NCBI RefSeq assembly: GCF_041956535.1
Contig: NW_027192228.1
Span: 57,170-117,755, forward strand
DNA: 60,586 nt
From: Calcarisporiella thermophila CBS 279.70
Lineage: Eukaryota; Fungi; Calcarisporiellomycota
Reading direction: 5' to 3'
A model generated the notes under the pieces. That model searched no databases, had not been told where the DNA came from, and saw nothing but the letters and a program-made list of their open reading frames with translations. The position numbers and the translations under genes are program-made. Shown one piece after another: positions 1 to 12,773 of the stretch; the stretch's first letter is position 1; each line of letters starts with the position of its first letter.

Positions 1-200
1 TGAGTTGGCTGCACAGGCGATTCATCAGGCACCGGTGTAAATACTGGTGGCTCTGGAATTGCATGGGTTGGCTGGATAGGTGATTCATCAGGCACTGGTG
101 TAAATACTAGCGGTTCTGGAATTGCGGGAGTTGGCTGCACAGGAGATTCTTCAGGGCCTGGTGTGAACGCAGAAGGTTCTGGGATTGCAAGAGTTGGCTG
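1..200 (-). repeat. 63-bp tandem coding repeat (21 aa, about QPTHAIPEPPVFTPVPDESPV)
   Basis: GTTGGCTG recurs at 4, 67, 130 and 193 (period 63). A more degenerate unit continues to about 290. Confidence 0.85.
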
Positions 201-1857
201 TACTGAAGTCTCTATGTTTCCAGTAGTTCCTGGCTCAGGCGTGAGCAAAGGTGGCACTGGGATAGCGTGGGTAGGCTGCCCCGGAGTTGCAATACTCTCA
301 GTATCTTTAAGCACAGAAGTTAACACAGGTGGATAAGCATTGCCACTAGTGATGGGAATCAATGGATATGGGCTACTTGTTGTGGAGCTTGCTGGGCTCG
401 ATATAAATACATTATGACTCTCTTGGCTAGCCACACAGGAAAGTGTTAACGTGGTTTGCTGAGTGTATCGGTTAATAACGGTTGCCGTAGTGGTCTTCGT
501 GATTGTTTCTGTAACTGTGATTGTAGTTGCAGAGCAATAATTGGTTGATAAAGGAGGAACAATTGGAACTTGTACAGCGTTGACTGAACTCGGATATGAG
601 GTTACTAAAGAAGTAGTTGTGTCTGGCTTTACTGAGGTGATTATTCCTGTGCCCACTGGTTTAAATGAAGTATGAGGGCTGTATGATATCATGGTACTCA
701 GATCTGGATCTGGAAAATCTGTCGGAATGGAAATCACGCGCGATGCGGTCTCCGATGGGATTGGTTTATACGTTGTTTCGCGTTCGGTCGTGGTAGGCGG
801 CCCCGAGTTGTATGGCATTGTAAACGTGTCCTGTGAATTATAAGGAGTAGAATTGATTGTGGTCTCAGTATAATTTGACGTAGAAGGAGTTTCACGATCG
901 GTTGTGACTGAACCGTATGGACTCGTGGGCCAAGTCATTACTGAAGGCATATAATTAGTTGTAAGCTCTGTAGTTCCTGGACTCATTGATATGAATGAAC
1001 TTATGAGCTCCGTGCTCTCGGGACCCTTTGACGAAAATGGCATTGATTTCTCCGTAGTCTTTTGAAGCGCAGTCTCATGGGTTATTCGCTCTGTTGTTTT
1101 TGGCCAATTTGTTGTGTCTGGTTTAGTTTCTAACGAAGTCTTTGGAGCCTCGGACTGGTATATAGTCGTATATTTTGTCGTCTTTATTCGCTCCTTCGTC
1201 TTTGGACGTTTTGTCTTGGTCGAAGTTGTGCAATCTGTTGAACTTGGCCGTTTTGATTTGTGTTTTGTGGTGTAGACTGTCTTGATTGGATCCACCGGGT
1301 TATCAGATGTAGTGCATTCCGTTGTCTTTGTACTACTGGGTTTGACTATAGTATTTTGTGTATCCAGCTGAGTGCTAGTTGAAGAGGATGATATTGTCGT
1401 TATGGAAGATGAAATTGGCACTGAAAGTGTATAAGGATCCTCTGCAATTGTGTCTACAGGAGGAATCGAAGTGGACGAGCTTGATACCCAGCTTGAAGTA
1501 GCTGTAATCGTGGACTTAGTGAAAGTCAGGCTGTCATCGTTCCCATACATGATCGGGCTTCTGTTAACGTCCTCATTATGAGCTTCAGGTATATTGCTCT
1601 ATTTTAATTGATTTTAGGGAATATTAGTGTTCCTGCACATATTTCCCTTGTATTTCTATTTCGAATTATTTCAATACCATTTCATTCTGTTGCTGACTAC
1701 CAATTTGGATCTCGGCGCTAAGATCACTTTGTTTTGATGGATCAACTGGTGGGCCAGACGTGGCCGATAAATTATCGATCTTGTTCCCCATGAATGGGGC
1801 GCCCTGTACCATCGCAAAAATTGCGATGGCAGGAGAGAAAAGGAGGGTAGACTTCAT
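1..1857 (-). CDS. Secreted Ser/Thr/Pro-rich (mucin/adhesin-like) protein, 3'-truncated by window edge
   Basis: ATG at 1857 gives signal-peptide-like MKSTLLFSPAIAIFAMVQGA. GT..AG intron at 1677-1599. Exon 2 (SNIPEAHNEDVNRSPIMYGNDDSLTFTKSTITATSSW...) reads as T/S/P-rich sequence towards position 1, ending in 21-aa repeats. Confidence 0.8.
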
Positions 1858-3210
1858 ATAAAATGAGAGGAGAGATTGGACTCGATTACAAGGATTCCAA
1901 ACAGAAGAGCGACAATAAGGAATGTATGTAGATAATGATAATCCCACGCGTTTTTTCAGAATACTATTCCTGAAGTTAAACGAGGGAAGAAATGGGGTTT
2001 CTAATGATATAAAGATCATTTATATAGTCTTCATCACACCCAAAATGTCTAGGCGGAGAAACCAGCTGAATAGAAATGCAGCAAATAGTTTTATCAAGGC
2101 AAATTTCACCCTTACTCGTCGGGTTGCATTGGCAATTTCTAGTGAATTTGCCTTCTATCTCTTCTACAAATTTAAGCTAAAGCACAACTTTATGGAATCC
2201 GGCGCCTAAATCCAAAAAGAAGTCAAGCCTGTTTATGGCATGAATTCAGAACTTCTCCAGCGAAACGTGCTGAAATTTTCTCTCAGAACACAAGTTTCTA
2301 TTCCTGACGTAACCTAAAGATATGCGACAAATTCACTTTTCGAATTATATAAGCGCAAACAATAGGCTCAGGTGTCTAATTACATGCCCTGAGAGCAACT
2401 GGAATAAAAATACTAGCCAATAGAGCTCTTCTTAATACCGGAGAGAGTTATAAATATAATCTCATCTGCTTAGCAGATCTTTTCATTTTCTTTATAGTTA
2501 GCCCCACTTTACTCTAGGTTTAATTATTAACCGAAACCACTCTTCATATTGGTATACAGAAAACGATATTCGGACATCAGCTCAATATAATCACCATCGC
2601 AGATTATATACACTCTAAATCGTTAGTGGAAAAGGGAGTAATCGCTCAATTGAAATTATTTCTATCTCTTAGATCATACAAACAGAAGGTGGAGATAGTG
2701 AGAAGTGATATATATTTTGAAAGTCCGAAGTGGACCGATATGGAGAATTAGAGAAGTATTTTATGAGAATCGAGCATCTTTCATAAAAGCTTTGAAATAA
2801 GGAGTGTTGCTGAATAGCTATATAAGGAAAGGTAGGTGAAACCAAGGATTTTGCATCATAGTTCTTGTATATAGTAAGGAAAGGCGCGAAGGAAATAGCA
2901 TGGGATGGCACAAGATAAAATTTACTGAGATCCGTGTTGAGCCATTCTAGCTACAATGACGAATAAAAAAAGAGGCTAACAAAATTATACACACAGAAGA
3001 TATGTCTAAACAGTTAGAACTGTAAGAATAACATTTTCGCTCAGTTTTTAGATAATAATAGATAAATAGGTAATTAAAGATACTCCATGATGCTATTATT
3101 TCGAAATAGATTTTATAACTCTCTACTCTGTAAGCATGAGGTTAATTGTTAAAATATTATTGCGCTTAATAAAAAAACAATTAAATATGCATATCTATAG
3201 TTCAACCAAT

Positions 3211-3625
3211 TCAATGATAGGGCTTGCTGCATTTGGGATTAGGGACAGTGACCGTATAAGTAACCATTACGGGAGGTGGACAAGATGCAATAGCAGTGAC
3301 TGTGACTTGAGGGGGACATTTAGGAGGACTAGGATCATTTATATTCTGGTTCAGGCTCCCGCTGCCAGGACCCGAATTGTTCGAGTTCTTGATGTTGTTC
3401 TATAGTTGGAGAATAGTAAAAGGTAAAAAATCTCAGTGGAAATAATATAAAAAAAATACATTAATGAGAGTTCACCTCAGCTATCTGCTGATGCCCACCG
3501 ACATGGTTGTTGCCGCCAATGCTAATTTGGCGTTTAACCACCTCAGCATTCATCTGAGTTTCCTCACCGCTAGCCATGGCCACCAAAGCCAGAGTCGTCA
3601 GAGCGAGGACCAAGTATGCTTTCAT
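3211..3625 (-). CDS. Small secreted protein (112 aa, 2 exons) with Kex2-type KR site
   Basis: Exon 1 at 3625-3476: MKAYLVLALTTLALVAMASGEETQMNAEVVKRQISIGGNNHVGGHQQIAE. Intron GTGAAC..CTATAG at 3475-3400. Exon 2 at 3399-3211: NNIKNSNNSGPGSGSLNQNINDPSPPKCPPQVTVTAIASCPPPVMVTYTVTVPNPKCSKPYH*. Not present in the ORF track. Confidence 0.75.
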
Positions 3626-4435
3626 TTTATTTTGAAAATTTGGAAATTAAACTGTGTTTTAATGAAAGTAATAGCACAATAACAAAGGAATGTAAGGTTA
3701 TTAAAATAATTGGAGATTGATGGGGAACATAAATCCCGGGATGAGAGGGCCCTTTTATAACCTACTCGGACCTTACGAATATATAATGAAAATGAGGCAA
3801 ACAATAAAAAAAATCGGTTCAATATTTCCTACACGGGTCACTCCTGCCTCCTCTACCTGGAAAGTATATAAAGCCCAGCTTGCGCCCAGCAGGGTCTCAG
3901 TTTTGCCTATAATCTAACAATAGAGTGAGGTAGGGCCGAGAAACTCTACCTCAAACATACTTTTCATTCGCCACAATGAAATTCAGGGATTTCAAATTTA
4001 AACTCAATTAAAATTAGGCTCTATATGTGGTAGAATAGTTGCTAATTGATCTAGGTTACTAATTCACAATAGAGCTTAAATAAACTTATCGCTTAATAAC
4101 AATATAGCAGTGCAATAGCATCCCGTCTAACTTACTAGGCTTCTAGAATAGTTCGCTTTTCACGTTTCCATACACAGACATTCATCTAAGAGAGCACTCA
4201 CACCTCTAAATATGGGTTGTCCAAAATCTTGCAAAAGTTAACATTATTGTAGTATATTTGCGTGGGATCACCAATGTCCAGAGTAGAACATACAAAATAA
4301 TAGTTGGTATAATCATATTCTATTTAAATTACACGAGGATTATTCGGAGTAGAAATATAACAATGATATACAAGGAATAAGTATAAGTGACAGGAGAATA
4401 AAAGTTTACAACAAAGTGGTCGAATCTCTATTGAG

Positions 4436-6126
4436 CTAAGAAAAAATCCCCTTCAATGTAAACTTCATGAAGAGGTACCAGCTCAGCACCATCAATCCAG
4501 CCAGCAACCCAATTCCCACGTAATTCCACCTGCTCCCCTTCCATTCCGCATCCTCTTCCACTTCCGCTTCATCTTCCAGCAACATAGCTGCTTTTTTCCC
4601 ATCCACTTCAAGTATGCTCTTTCCCCAGCGCCAATCTACTCCCCATAGCACAAGCGTCACAAAAGTAGCGACTCCAGCCAACACGATAAAGGCAGCAAAC
4701 ACTCTATCATAGCTTTTGCCTCCTTGTGTTCCATCCTGGAGCATACCTGCACAGATATCACATATAGTGGCCCCAATGTTGTTCGCTGCTTTGATCAGCC
4801 CGAACGCCGTACCCAGCAGAGACGCCTTACGCGCGAGCAATATCGGAATAGACGTGGTAAGTGCGACTGGTCCCAAAGACAGTGAAATCGAAAAAAAGAA
4901 CATGCCCACAATGGGTGTCAAGGAAGCAAATCCAAGCAACAGCTGTGACACCAAAAGTGTGATTGCTGTCAGCAAGAGGGCCTTTATTCTCCCCCCGTAT
5001 CTATCTAGCCATGTCCCTAGGAATGGGGCAATCATCACAGGCAAGGCTTGGCCAACGCTAGCCTCATAGGCTGCAATCTCCTGCGAAGAGCCAAAACGAA
5101 ACTGAACCATCTCAGTTGCATTGTGCAGAATGCTCGTCCAAAGGCCCCCCAAAAGAAATTCCAAAATAATAATAAGCCAGAAGGCGAAGGGAAGAAACCG
5201 AAGTCCAGTGAGGGAGAAGGAATTGACTCTACGCTTGAGGCTTATGGGACGGTAGCCATGAGAATGAGAGGGAATATAGAGAATATAAGCGGCATTGAGC
5301 AGAAAGCATATAACACAGATCGCCGCTGAAAACTAGAATATCGAATTATGTTGAAAAAGCAATTAACAGACTTCCTACATTATTCAATCATGTCTGCATT
5401 ACCCAAAAAGAATATTCATAGCGTCCTGTATAATTTTTGATTGGTACAACCGTTAAGTTCGCAAGAAAAGACGCCTACCAGAAAAACAGTCAATAATCAG
5501 GCTATTACATGAAGTGTAAATGAGAGGATTACCAATCGCGAGATGGATATCATTATTCCAAATACAAAAGACAGACTTTTCCCGCTAAACCACTGACACA
5601 AAATTATCTCTTGTACAATTACAATAGTTCCGCTACCAAGCCCATACATAATGCGGCCCACGATCATTAGTTGAAAGGAGCGAAGATTAGTAGCAAGTGC
5701 GGTGATAAGTGACCCAGTCGCAATTAGCGAGGTGGTTGTGAGCGATCCAGAGGAGGTTCCAAAACGATCAAGGAGCACACCGCCAACAATCGGGATGAAG
5801 GAATTAACCATGGAGACACTAAAAATATAAAGCAAACCGCTGAATAAAGCAAGCAAAATCCGGCCAGATCGCAAGTACTATTACCAAGATTGAAGGACTC
5901 CAAATTCAGAGTTGGATATTCCAAGATTTTCCTTCAAGTCGACCTTCAGTGCTCCAAGAGTGTGAGCAGCGAAATGGCTCCCAATGGCCAAAAAAAGCGC
6001 ACAAAGGAGGGCAAGGGCTCTGTAGTGCAAGGGCGAATCATGCTGGTCGGGAAATGTATGCAATACAGGGGAGGGTATTGTTTGTTTTGAGGAGGCTGAA
6101 GATAATAGCAAAGGGGTGCGTTCCAT
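4436..6126 (-). CDS. MFS transporter, MFSD1-like (lysosomal/vacuolar), multi-exon
   Basis: Exons in ORFs 5881-6126, 5497-5874 and 4436-5164. MFS motif A-like GVLLDRFG and GTWLDRYG, GRIMYGLG, many TM segments, and N-terminal dileucine ERTPLL. Confidence 0.85.
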
Positions 6127-6633
6127 AGATGAAATTATAAGGATGTTTGACGATGTTAAGTAGGCGATTAAAAAATTGGTTACAGTATCAAAAGCATATC
6201 TTGAAACTTTCTTAGTAAAGGATGTCAGGTGTTAACTGTTATATTTTGAAAACATTTATCGCCATATTCGAAATGGCTCAACAAAGTTAATTCTCAGGTG
6301 ATTTCAGAAGTTTCAGAGATCTGATGGAATTATCAGGTGAAATGTTTAACGATGATGTCACTGGAAATGTTAAGATGCGGTTGAGAAATGGATTGCCGTC
6401 AGGAACGTAAAAATCTTGCGAAATTCGCAAGCCAAAACGAAAAAGATAAAAAGGTCAAACTATACCCGGAATCGCTCTTTTTAGCGGTATGTTGAAAGAA
6501 CTTGAATCCAAGCGTATTTAAGGCTACGGTTGCTTAAGAATTCGTTTATGTTAACTTATTATCATCGTAACATAATCCACTTGACATTGTAAGCGATACC
6601 ACTCTTTTTACCCACAACCCGTTCCCGCTCGTG

Positions 6634-7107
6634 ATGAAGTGCTCTATCGTAAAGCTTCTTGTACTCTTTTTGCTGGTGACGCTTGTTATGGGCGCGCACA
6701 AGAAGGTATTTTGTCAGCTGTAGCGTTAATATATTGACTCTCCAACTCTGGTTACTAATTGAATTCGAACACAGGAATTGGCGATAAAAGAGGTCAAAAA
6801 AGGTCATCACCATGCGCACTCCAAGGTGTCCAGCTCTTCTTTCCCGCCCTCCGCGGCGGCTGCTACGCAAGCGACTACAGTACCGGAGCTCATGACGCTC
6901 GCCCCTTCTAATGCCAAATTGGTAGCGCCATCCAGCGCAGCTCAGCCCGGATATACGCCCCTCCCCTCTGTATCCAGCAACTATGGTGCCGTCTCGATCT
7001 CAACGCCCCGAGTCACTGCCAATAGCTATATGAGCGGAGGGGATAAGGCCGCGGTAATGGGCACCCTTTGCTTTGTGCTTGTGTTCGCTAGCTTTTTCCT
7101 CCTCTAA
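6634..7107 (+). CDS. Small secreted, probably GPI-anchored S/A/P-rich protein (2 exons)
   Basis: ATG at 6634 gives MKCSIVKLLVLFLLVTLVMGAHKK. A GTATTT..ACAG intron splices it in frame into ORF 6778-7107. The C-terminus has small residues (SGG) followed by a hydrophobic tail (VMGTLCFVLVFASFFLL). Confidence 0.75.
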
Positions 7108-7690
7108 TGCACCTCCAATTACTATATTGTAAAAAATGTTTTCTATTTGCTATACTATTCGATCCATAATAGAATTTGGGTTCTTCCGTTAATGCTAAGT
7201 GACTTCTTTAAGGCATGTCAAGTATGGCAGCTCCGGAGTACAGAAAGGGGATTCCCGACAAAGAGCGCAATGACCATTTAGAGCACAAGCAGGTTATACA
7301 TGTGGCACATATGCGAAGAGATGGTGCATCCTCATGCATCCCCAAACGCGATTCTTCCCTTCTGATTGCGACTGTAATTCAGCTTCACGTATACCTACAG
7401 GAGGATAAAGAAGAAGAAGAAGATGATGATGAAGATCTCTCTCCACTCCAATTGAAAAACCGGCCTAACTCTCCAGCCTTCCGACCCTCCTTCGGAATTC
7501 CTACATTTAGTTGATATCATCAAGTGACTCGAGTGGAGCTTAAATTTTTATTTGTACATAGTATCCCCGCTGAGATTCCCACGCTAATCCAATCAACGTA
7601 TATAAATACATTAATAACTTACAACTGCCCCTCCCTTGAGAAATATTTAACTCATACCTTTCCTTCTTTACCCGAGGCTTCCCTTGCGAA

Positions 7691-8647
7691 ATGGGCATCA
7701 TAACCAACGTCTTTGCCAAACTTTACCACAACCAGGATCCCCTGCTCACCTCCTGTGTAGCGGTGAGCGTTGGTTTGCTCGGCTACATTGTATATCGCGA
7801 GCAGTTTGATCGCTACCGTCCCAAGGAAGCCAATGACATGACACCGTTCATAAATGATCCCACCGAACATGATGGATTCACGAAGGATGAAATGATGCTT
7901 TTGCACGATCCATTTGATCTTCCCCATATTCCATTCAAGCATTTTTTGAGAAGAAAAGATGGAGAGATGGTACAGCGTGCTCGAGAGTTTTACGAACTGA
8001 TGAATGCGCGCCGCTCCGTGAGGATGTTCAGTGACGAGCCTGTGCCGATCGAAGCCATTCGAGATGCTATTCGCACTGCTGGGACTTCGCCTTCAGGTGC
8101 CCATACCGAGCCTTGGACTTTTGTGGTTGTTGGCGACAAGGCGCTCAAGCAGGAGATTCGTCGCATTGTGGAACAGGAGGAGAAGGTCAATTATGACCGG
8201 CGAATGTCGCGTCAATGGGTTAAGGATTTGGCTCCTCTTAGAACCAATTGGGAGAAGGAATATCTATCCGTCGTGCCCTATATTATTGTTGTGTTCAAGA
8301 AGGCCTATGACTTGATGCCGGACTCGAAGCGGAGGAACAATTATTACTATGAGCAAAGTACAGCCATTGCGTGCGGTCTCTTGATTGCTGCCCTCCATAA
8401 TGCGTAAGAAGTTTGCATTCTACCTTTTCACCCAATTCTTTCTTAACTCGATTCATATTATTACAGCGGTATGGCAACCCTAACCTCGACCCCCATGAAC
8501 GCAGGTCCGGACCTTGCGGCATTGCTAGGGCGCCCTGAACATGAAAAGGTCGCACTTCTTTTGCCGGTGGGTTATCCTGCCAAGGACTGCACCATCCCGA
8601 ATCTGAAACGAAAGGCATACGAGGAGATTGCAACGGAATTCCTGTAA
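7691..8647 (+). CDS. IYD: Iodotyrosine deiodinase (nitroreductase-fold FMN halotyrosine dehalogenase), N-terminal membrane anchor
   Basis: Motifs FYELMNARRSVRMFS, GTSPSGAHTEPWTFVVV, EQEEKVNY, LAPLRTNWEKEYL. Intron 8404-8466 is followed by GMATLTSTPMNAGP...LGRPEHEKVALLLPVGYPAKDCTIPNLKRK...EFL*. Confidence 0.93.
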
Positions 8648-10341
8648 AAATACCCATCACCTAGAAGATATATTATTATGTATTTGAGTAGTTTATAAAT
8701 ACTTCACCATACCTATTACTTAATAATAGCGATTCCCTTACTCATATTTAGATATATGTTCTTAGAGACTTGGCTTGAAGCTTTATCTACTATTTAAATT
8801 GAAAGGGTATTTCTTGTTTATTGTTATTGGAGCGTGTCCTATGTTTCCTTATTAACATCCACCCCCTTAAAGAAATTTTTCATCTTATTTTAAGAAAAAT
8901 CAACGGGAATGAAAATGTGCTTTGGCTTCGCAGAATAGACCGAACAAGAAGGCTTATTCTTTGAAACATATCAAAAGTATTGCTAGCACAATAAAAATAG
9001 CCTCCGATAGTTACTTAAAGCTCAGCAAATTTCTGAAAATGGTATTAAACTATATAAAAAAGGGTGTATATATATCAATGAAGTTGTTGGCTCATGGGAG
9101 GTAATCGAATTTGTTCGTGCCGTATTATGGGGTTTTTGCTCACTGCTTTATTATTACTTTTATCATTCCGATATTTCACATGCGAAGAAATTGGCTGAGG
9201 ACAAGACTTATTCCAATGCATAGATGAGCTACACATGGGGATGCTATTTTGAATCACGTTATTCTGATAAGTTTATTGAGTGCATTTCGTATACATAAGC
9301 CGACGTCTGGATGACCAACGAGGAAAAGGATGCAAACGGATCATCACAGTGGAGAATTTAGAGGTGTCTGAGTTTGGGAACCCATTGTATTGTTGGCAGC
9401 ACTTAAAAGCGATGTAAAAGACCCCTCCAAACAAATCCAATTTGCTATCGGATCCTCTCACTCGTTATATCAGAACTTGAATGGGATACACGCTATTTCA
9501 CAAAGCCAATATATTTGCATGACTATTATGTAAGTATACCTGTAGAAACTCGCATTAATGTAGCCCATCATGAAAAACTTTTGCCAAGCTCTTCTGCAAA
9601 TATTGGATCGATGTTACAGGATAAGGAGACCGTCACCGGGTGCACCCGCGAGCCATGGTGCAGCTTTTAGGGCCATTGAGTTGCGCATATATACGACTGT
9701 CAATACTGTGAGAAAAGGAGAACAAAGGGGGGCTCCGGCGAAGATTTTCCAAGCAGGAAGCTAAGCCCAGTTTTAGAAGTAAAAATAGGATTACTGCAGC
9801 CATTCTGAAGTCTAAAGCGGGATGGCCTAGATCCCTTGCAGCGGGAAGGTAGCAGGGCGAGGGGGAGAAAAACTCATTTTATCCATCCTCGGACCCCGAG
9901 AACGAATACAGAATAAAGTGGAAAGCAGGGGAGCGATCCTATGCGAGAACTGCTAAATTGCGATAACACAACCGGAGCAACTGACTAATGGGCCGGATCC
10001 AATTTTTTTTTCGGCTGGAGAAGCTGAATCTCGGGTGCACAAGCTCCCGGCTCCATTATTTGTATTTAAGAGTGCGTTGGTCCTTTGTTCTATTTCGGTT
10101 CTTTATTCTAACTGGTACTTCAACACCAGGCAAAGTGGAGGGGAAAAGAAGCGAGAATCACAAAGCCTTGATTGATTCTCGAACTCTCTTATTCTCTGGC
10201 GCTTTTGCTCGTGCGGGATCTTCCAGGTGTCTTTGCTCTTCTTCCTTCATTAGACGATCATACTGAATTCCGTGAATCTCTCCCTCCTCTTGGAATCCAC
10301 GCGATCAATCCGGCCGGTCCGCATTGAGATTTCCCCTCACC

Positions 10342-10749
10342 ATGCCCACTCACTATCGACACCATTCGCAACCTCAATGGACCGATACGCCAACAAGGAA
10401 GGAGAAGCGGCGCTTTTCCACCCTTCTTTCCACCACCCTGCTCACCCTTCTTCCCAAGCGCAAGCGTGTCCAGGATTGCCAGGATCCTGCAGCCGGTGCT
10501 GCTTCGTCGGAGCCACTTAACAAACGGCAATGCCTTCAGCCTCGTTCTCTCCAGCAGAATGAGCAACTGCAATCAGAAAACCGGCAACAGCGGAAATTCA
10601 TGAAGCGTTTTCAAGCCAGGGTGGAAGAGAAGAATAAGAGGTGGAGCGAGATCGAAGAGGGCAAACGGAAGAAGTTCGAGGAACTGCTGAAAGGGGAAGA
10701 ATCGATCCGGTGGTCGTTGACTCCTGAACTTTGCGGTGGAAAGAACTAG
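10342..10749 (+). CDS. Hypothetical small basic/coiled-coil protein
   Basis: Open frame with NLS-like PKRKR and a charged helical C-terminal half. No recognisable domain, and the start is uncertain. Confidence 0.35.
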   Translation: MPTHYRHHSQPQWTDTPTRKEKRRFSTLLSTTLLTLLPKRKRVQDCQDPAAGAASSEPLNKRQCLQPRSLQQNEQLQSENRQQRKFMKRFQARVEEKNKRWSEIEEGKRKKFEELLKGEESIRWSLTPELCGGKN

Positions 10750-11157
10750 CTACGACCTCGATCCCCTTAATTGTTGCCTTAACACTATGACGCTCCTTAT
10801 ACTATTATATCACAAAAATCTATGCTAAGATATCCCCATTGAGAGGCTCGGTGTTTACTGATACATAAAATACCAAGTATGCTACGTTACGCTTTAGCTT
10901 TTTCATAGCTTATCTATTCTTATTTTTGCTTTTCTCATTCCATCTATTTTACCCCTTATCGCTTTACCCCTTTCAAAATAATAAACTGTATTCCGTCTAT
11001 CAGATTTGGTTTAAGATATCGGAGCTGGGTTAGATGAAATGAAAGAGATTAATTTTTGGCAAAGTTATCTTTGAGACTCATTATTAGTAAGTTATTATTG
11101 AATAAATATTGGCTTTCTTCGCGAACTTTTAATGCAGCATCCTTTCATTAGATTAGC

Positions 11158-12773
11158 ATGGCCTTTTCGATATTCTTACTCATCTTTCCAGTGGCTGTCC
11201 TCGCCCAGCAGCTTCATTTTCAGGCCCATTCTCAACCTCCCAAAATTGCCATCATAGGTGCTGGTGCAGCCGGGTCCTCCTTCGCGTATTTTGCTTCCAG
11301 TGATCTCCCTTTCGCTCAGGTTACGGTGTATGAAAGAGATCGGGTGGGTGGGAGAACTCGAGTTATTGAGGTGCCTGGAATTGGCGTAGAAGAAATAGGG
11401 GCTACAATCCACGTGCGCGCAAACCGGCATCTGGCCAATGCAGTTAAGGATTTTGGGTTGAGTTTAGGTGGCAGTAGCGAGGACGAGCGTGTAGGTAATT
11501 GATGGTTTATCGATTCACAATGCAGAATAGGCGTGCGAATTAATTGCCCTCGTACCATTCCTTTTGTCAAACTTTATTTCAAGTACAGGTGTATGGGATG
11601 GGCAGGAATTCATTTTCTTGGAGAGCGATGGCTGGTGGGACAAGCTCAAGCTATTATGGCGATACGGTTTTTCCCCATTTAAAGTACTTGTAGTTGCTCT
11701 TTGGCGTAATGCCTGCTTCGCTCACGCCATTTTAAATCTCTGCTCCTTACCGCCTCTAGATGCGTGCCTTGGTTCAATCGGCTGTTACACGTTTTCTCAA
11801 CTTTTATGACCCTGCTTTCCCAGCATTCCATAATCTCTCCGAAGCAATCAAATACTTCAAATTCGAAGAAGAGTTGGCTTTCCCTGGACTTGGCTACGTA
11901 TCTAACCATGGGATAAGTGCGGCGTTTGCGCACGATCTTGTCCAGACAGGCACCCGCGCTAATTACATGCAAGATCTGGATAAAATCCATGGCCTTGGCA
12001 CGCTGGTCAGCCTGGCCACCAGCGGCGCTAGAACCGTGGCCAATGGATCCTACCAGATATTTGAAGAAATGCTGAAGCGTTCACGTGCACAGACTCGACT
12101 CGGGTATAGTGTGACCTCCATTTCACGGATAAATGCAAGCAAGAATGAGGAGAGAATACAATACTTGGTGGCATCGCAAAACGCAGACGGCACCAGCCAT
12201 GAGGAAAAGTACGATGCCGTTGTATTAGCCGCACCTCTTCATCTTGCCAACATCACGTTTCATGATTTTCCAATCTCTATCCCCTTCGCCCCGAATATTG
12301 CCTACAAGCAGGTGTACATCACAGTTCTGAAAGCCCGCTCCATCCTCCCCACCGTTTTCAATACCCCCGATCTACCACAGATGATCATCACGACCCCCGA
12401 AGCCAATGCTCCTTTCACCAGTCTCTCCAAGCGCAAGTGTAATGCTGAAGAGTGCGCTTTTCGCCTCTTCTCAAACCATGAAATTAGCGATCGCCAGCTG
12501 GATACGATTTTTGAAGCAGTGTCATGGGTGCATAGACACGTGTGGGACGCGTTTCCTATTCTTCGCCCGTTGAGGGAACCCGAATCGATCCAGAATGAAT
12601 TGAACGTGGACGTGAATCTGGATGGACACGAGTGCTACTACGCGAATGCGTTTGAACCGCTGATATCGACGATGGAGACCGAAACCGTTGCAAGTCGAAA
12701 TATTGTTAAAATTCTTGTAGAAAAATGGGGGGCAGTAAGCCAAACAAAGACGGAGGAACGAGACGAATTTTAA
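11158..12773 (+). CDS. Prenylcysteine oxidase/lyase (FAD-dependent), 3 exons
   Basis: Signal peptide, KIAIIGAGAAG Rossmann motif, ERDRVGGR, GVWDGQEF, LLWRYGFSP, NAFEPLISTMETETVASRN, and C-terminal RDEF. Confidence 0.9.

Noticed and set aside
7215-7514. 99-aa ORF with an acidic tract
   Set aside because: No recognisable domain, and the acidic run may be a GAA/GAT microsatellite. It cannot be supported without expression data.
9290-9417. Short frame ending GCKR...YCWQH resembling a zinc-binding motif
   Set aside because: No start codon or clear splice partner, and it is too short to distinguish from chance or a relic.
11150-11163. AGATTAGCATGGCC, matching part of U6 snRNA
   Set aside because: Only 14 nt, with no ACAGAGA box or flanking similarity. 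It overlaps the prenylcysteine oxidase start codon.
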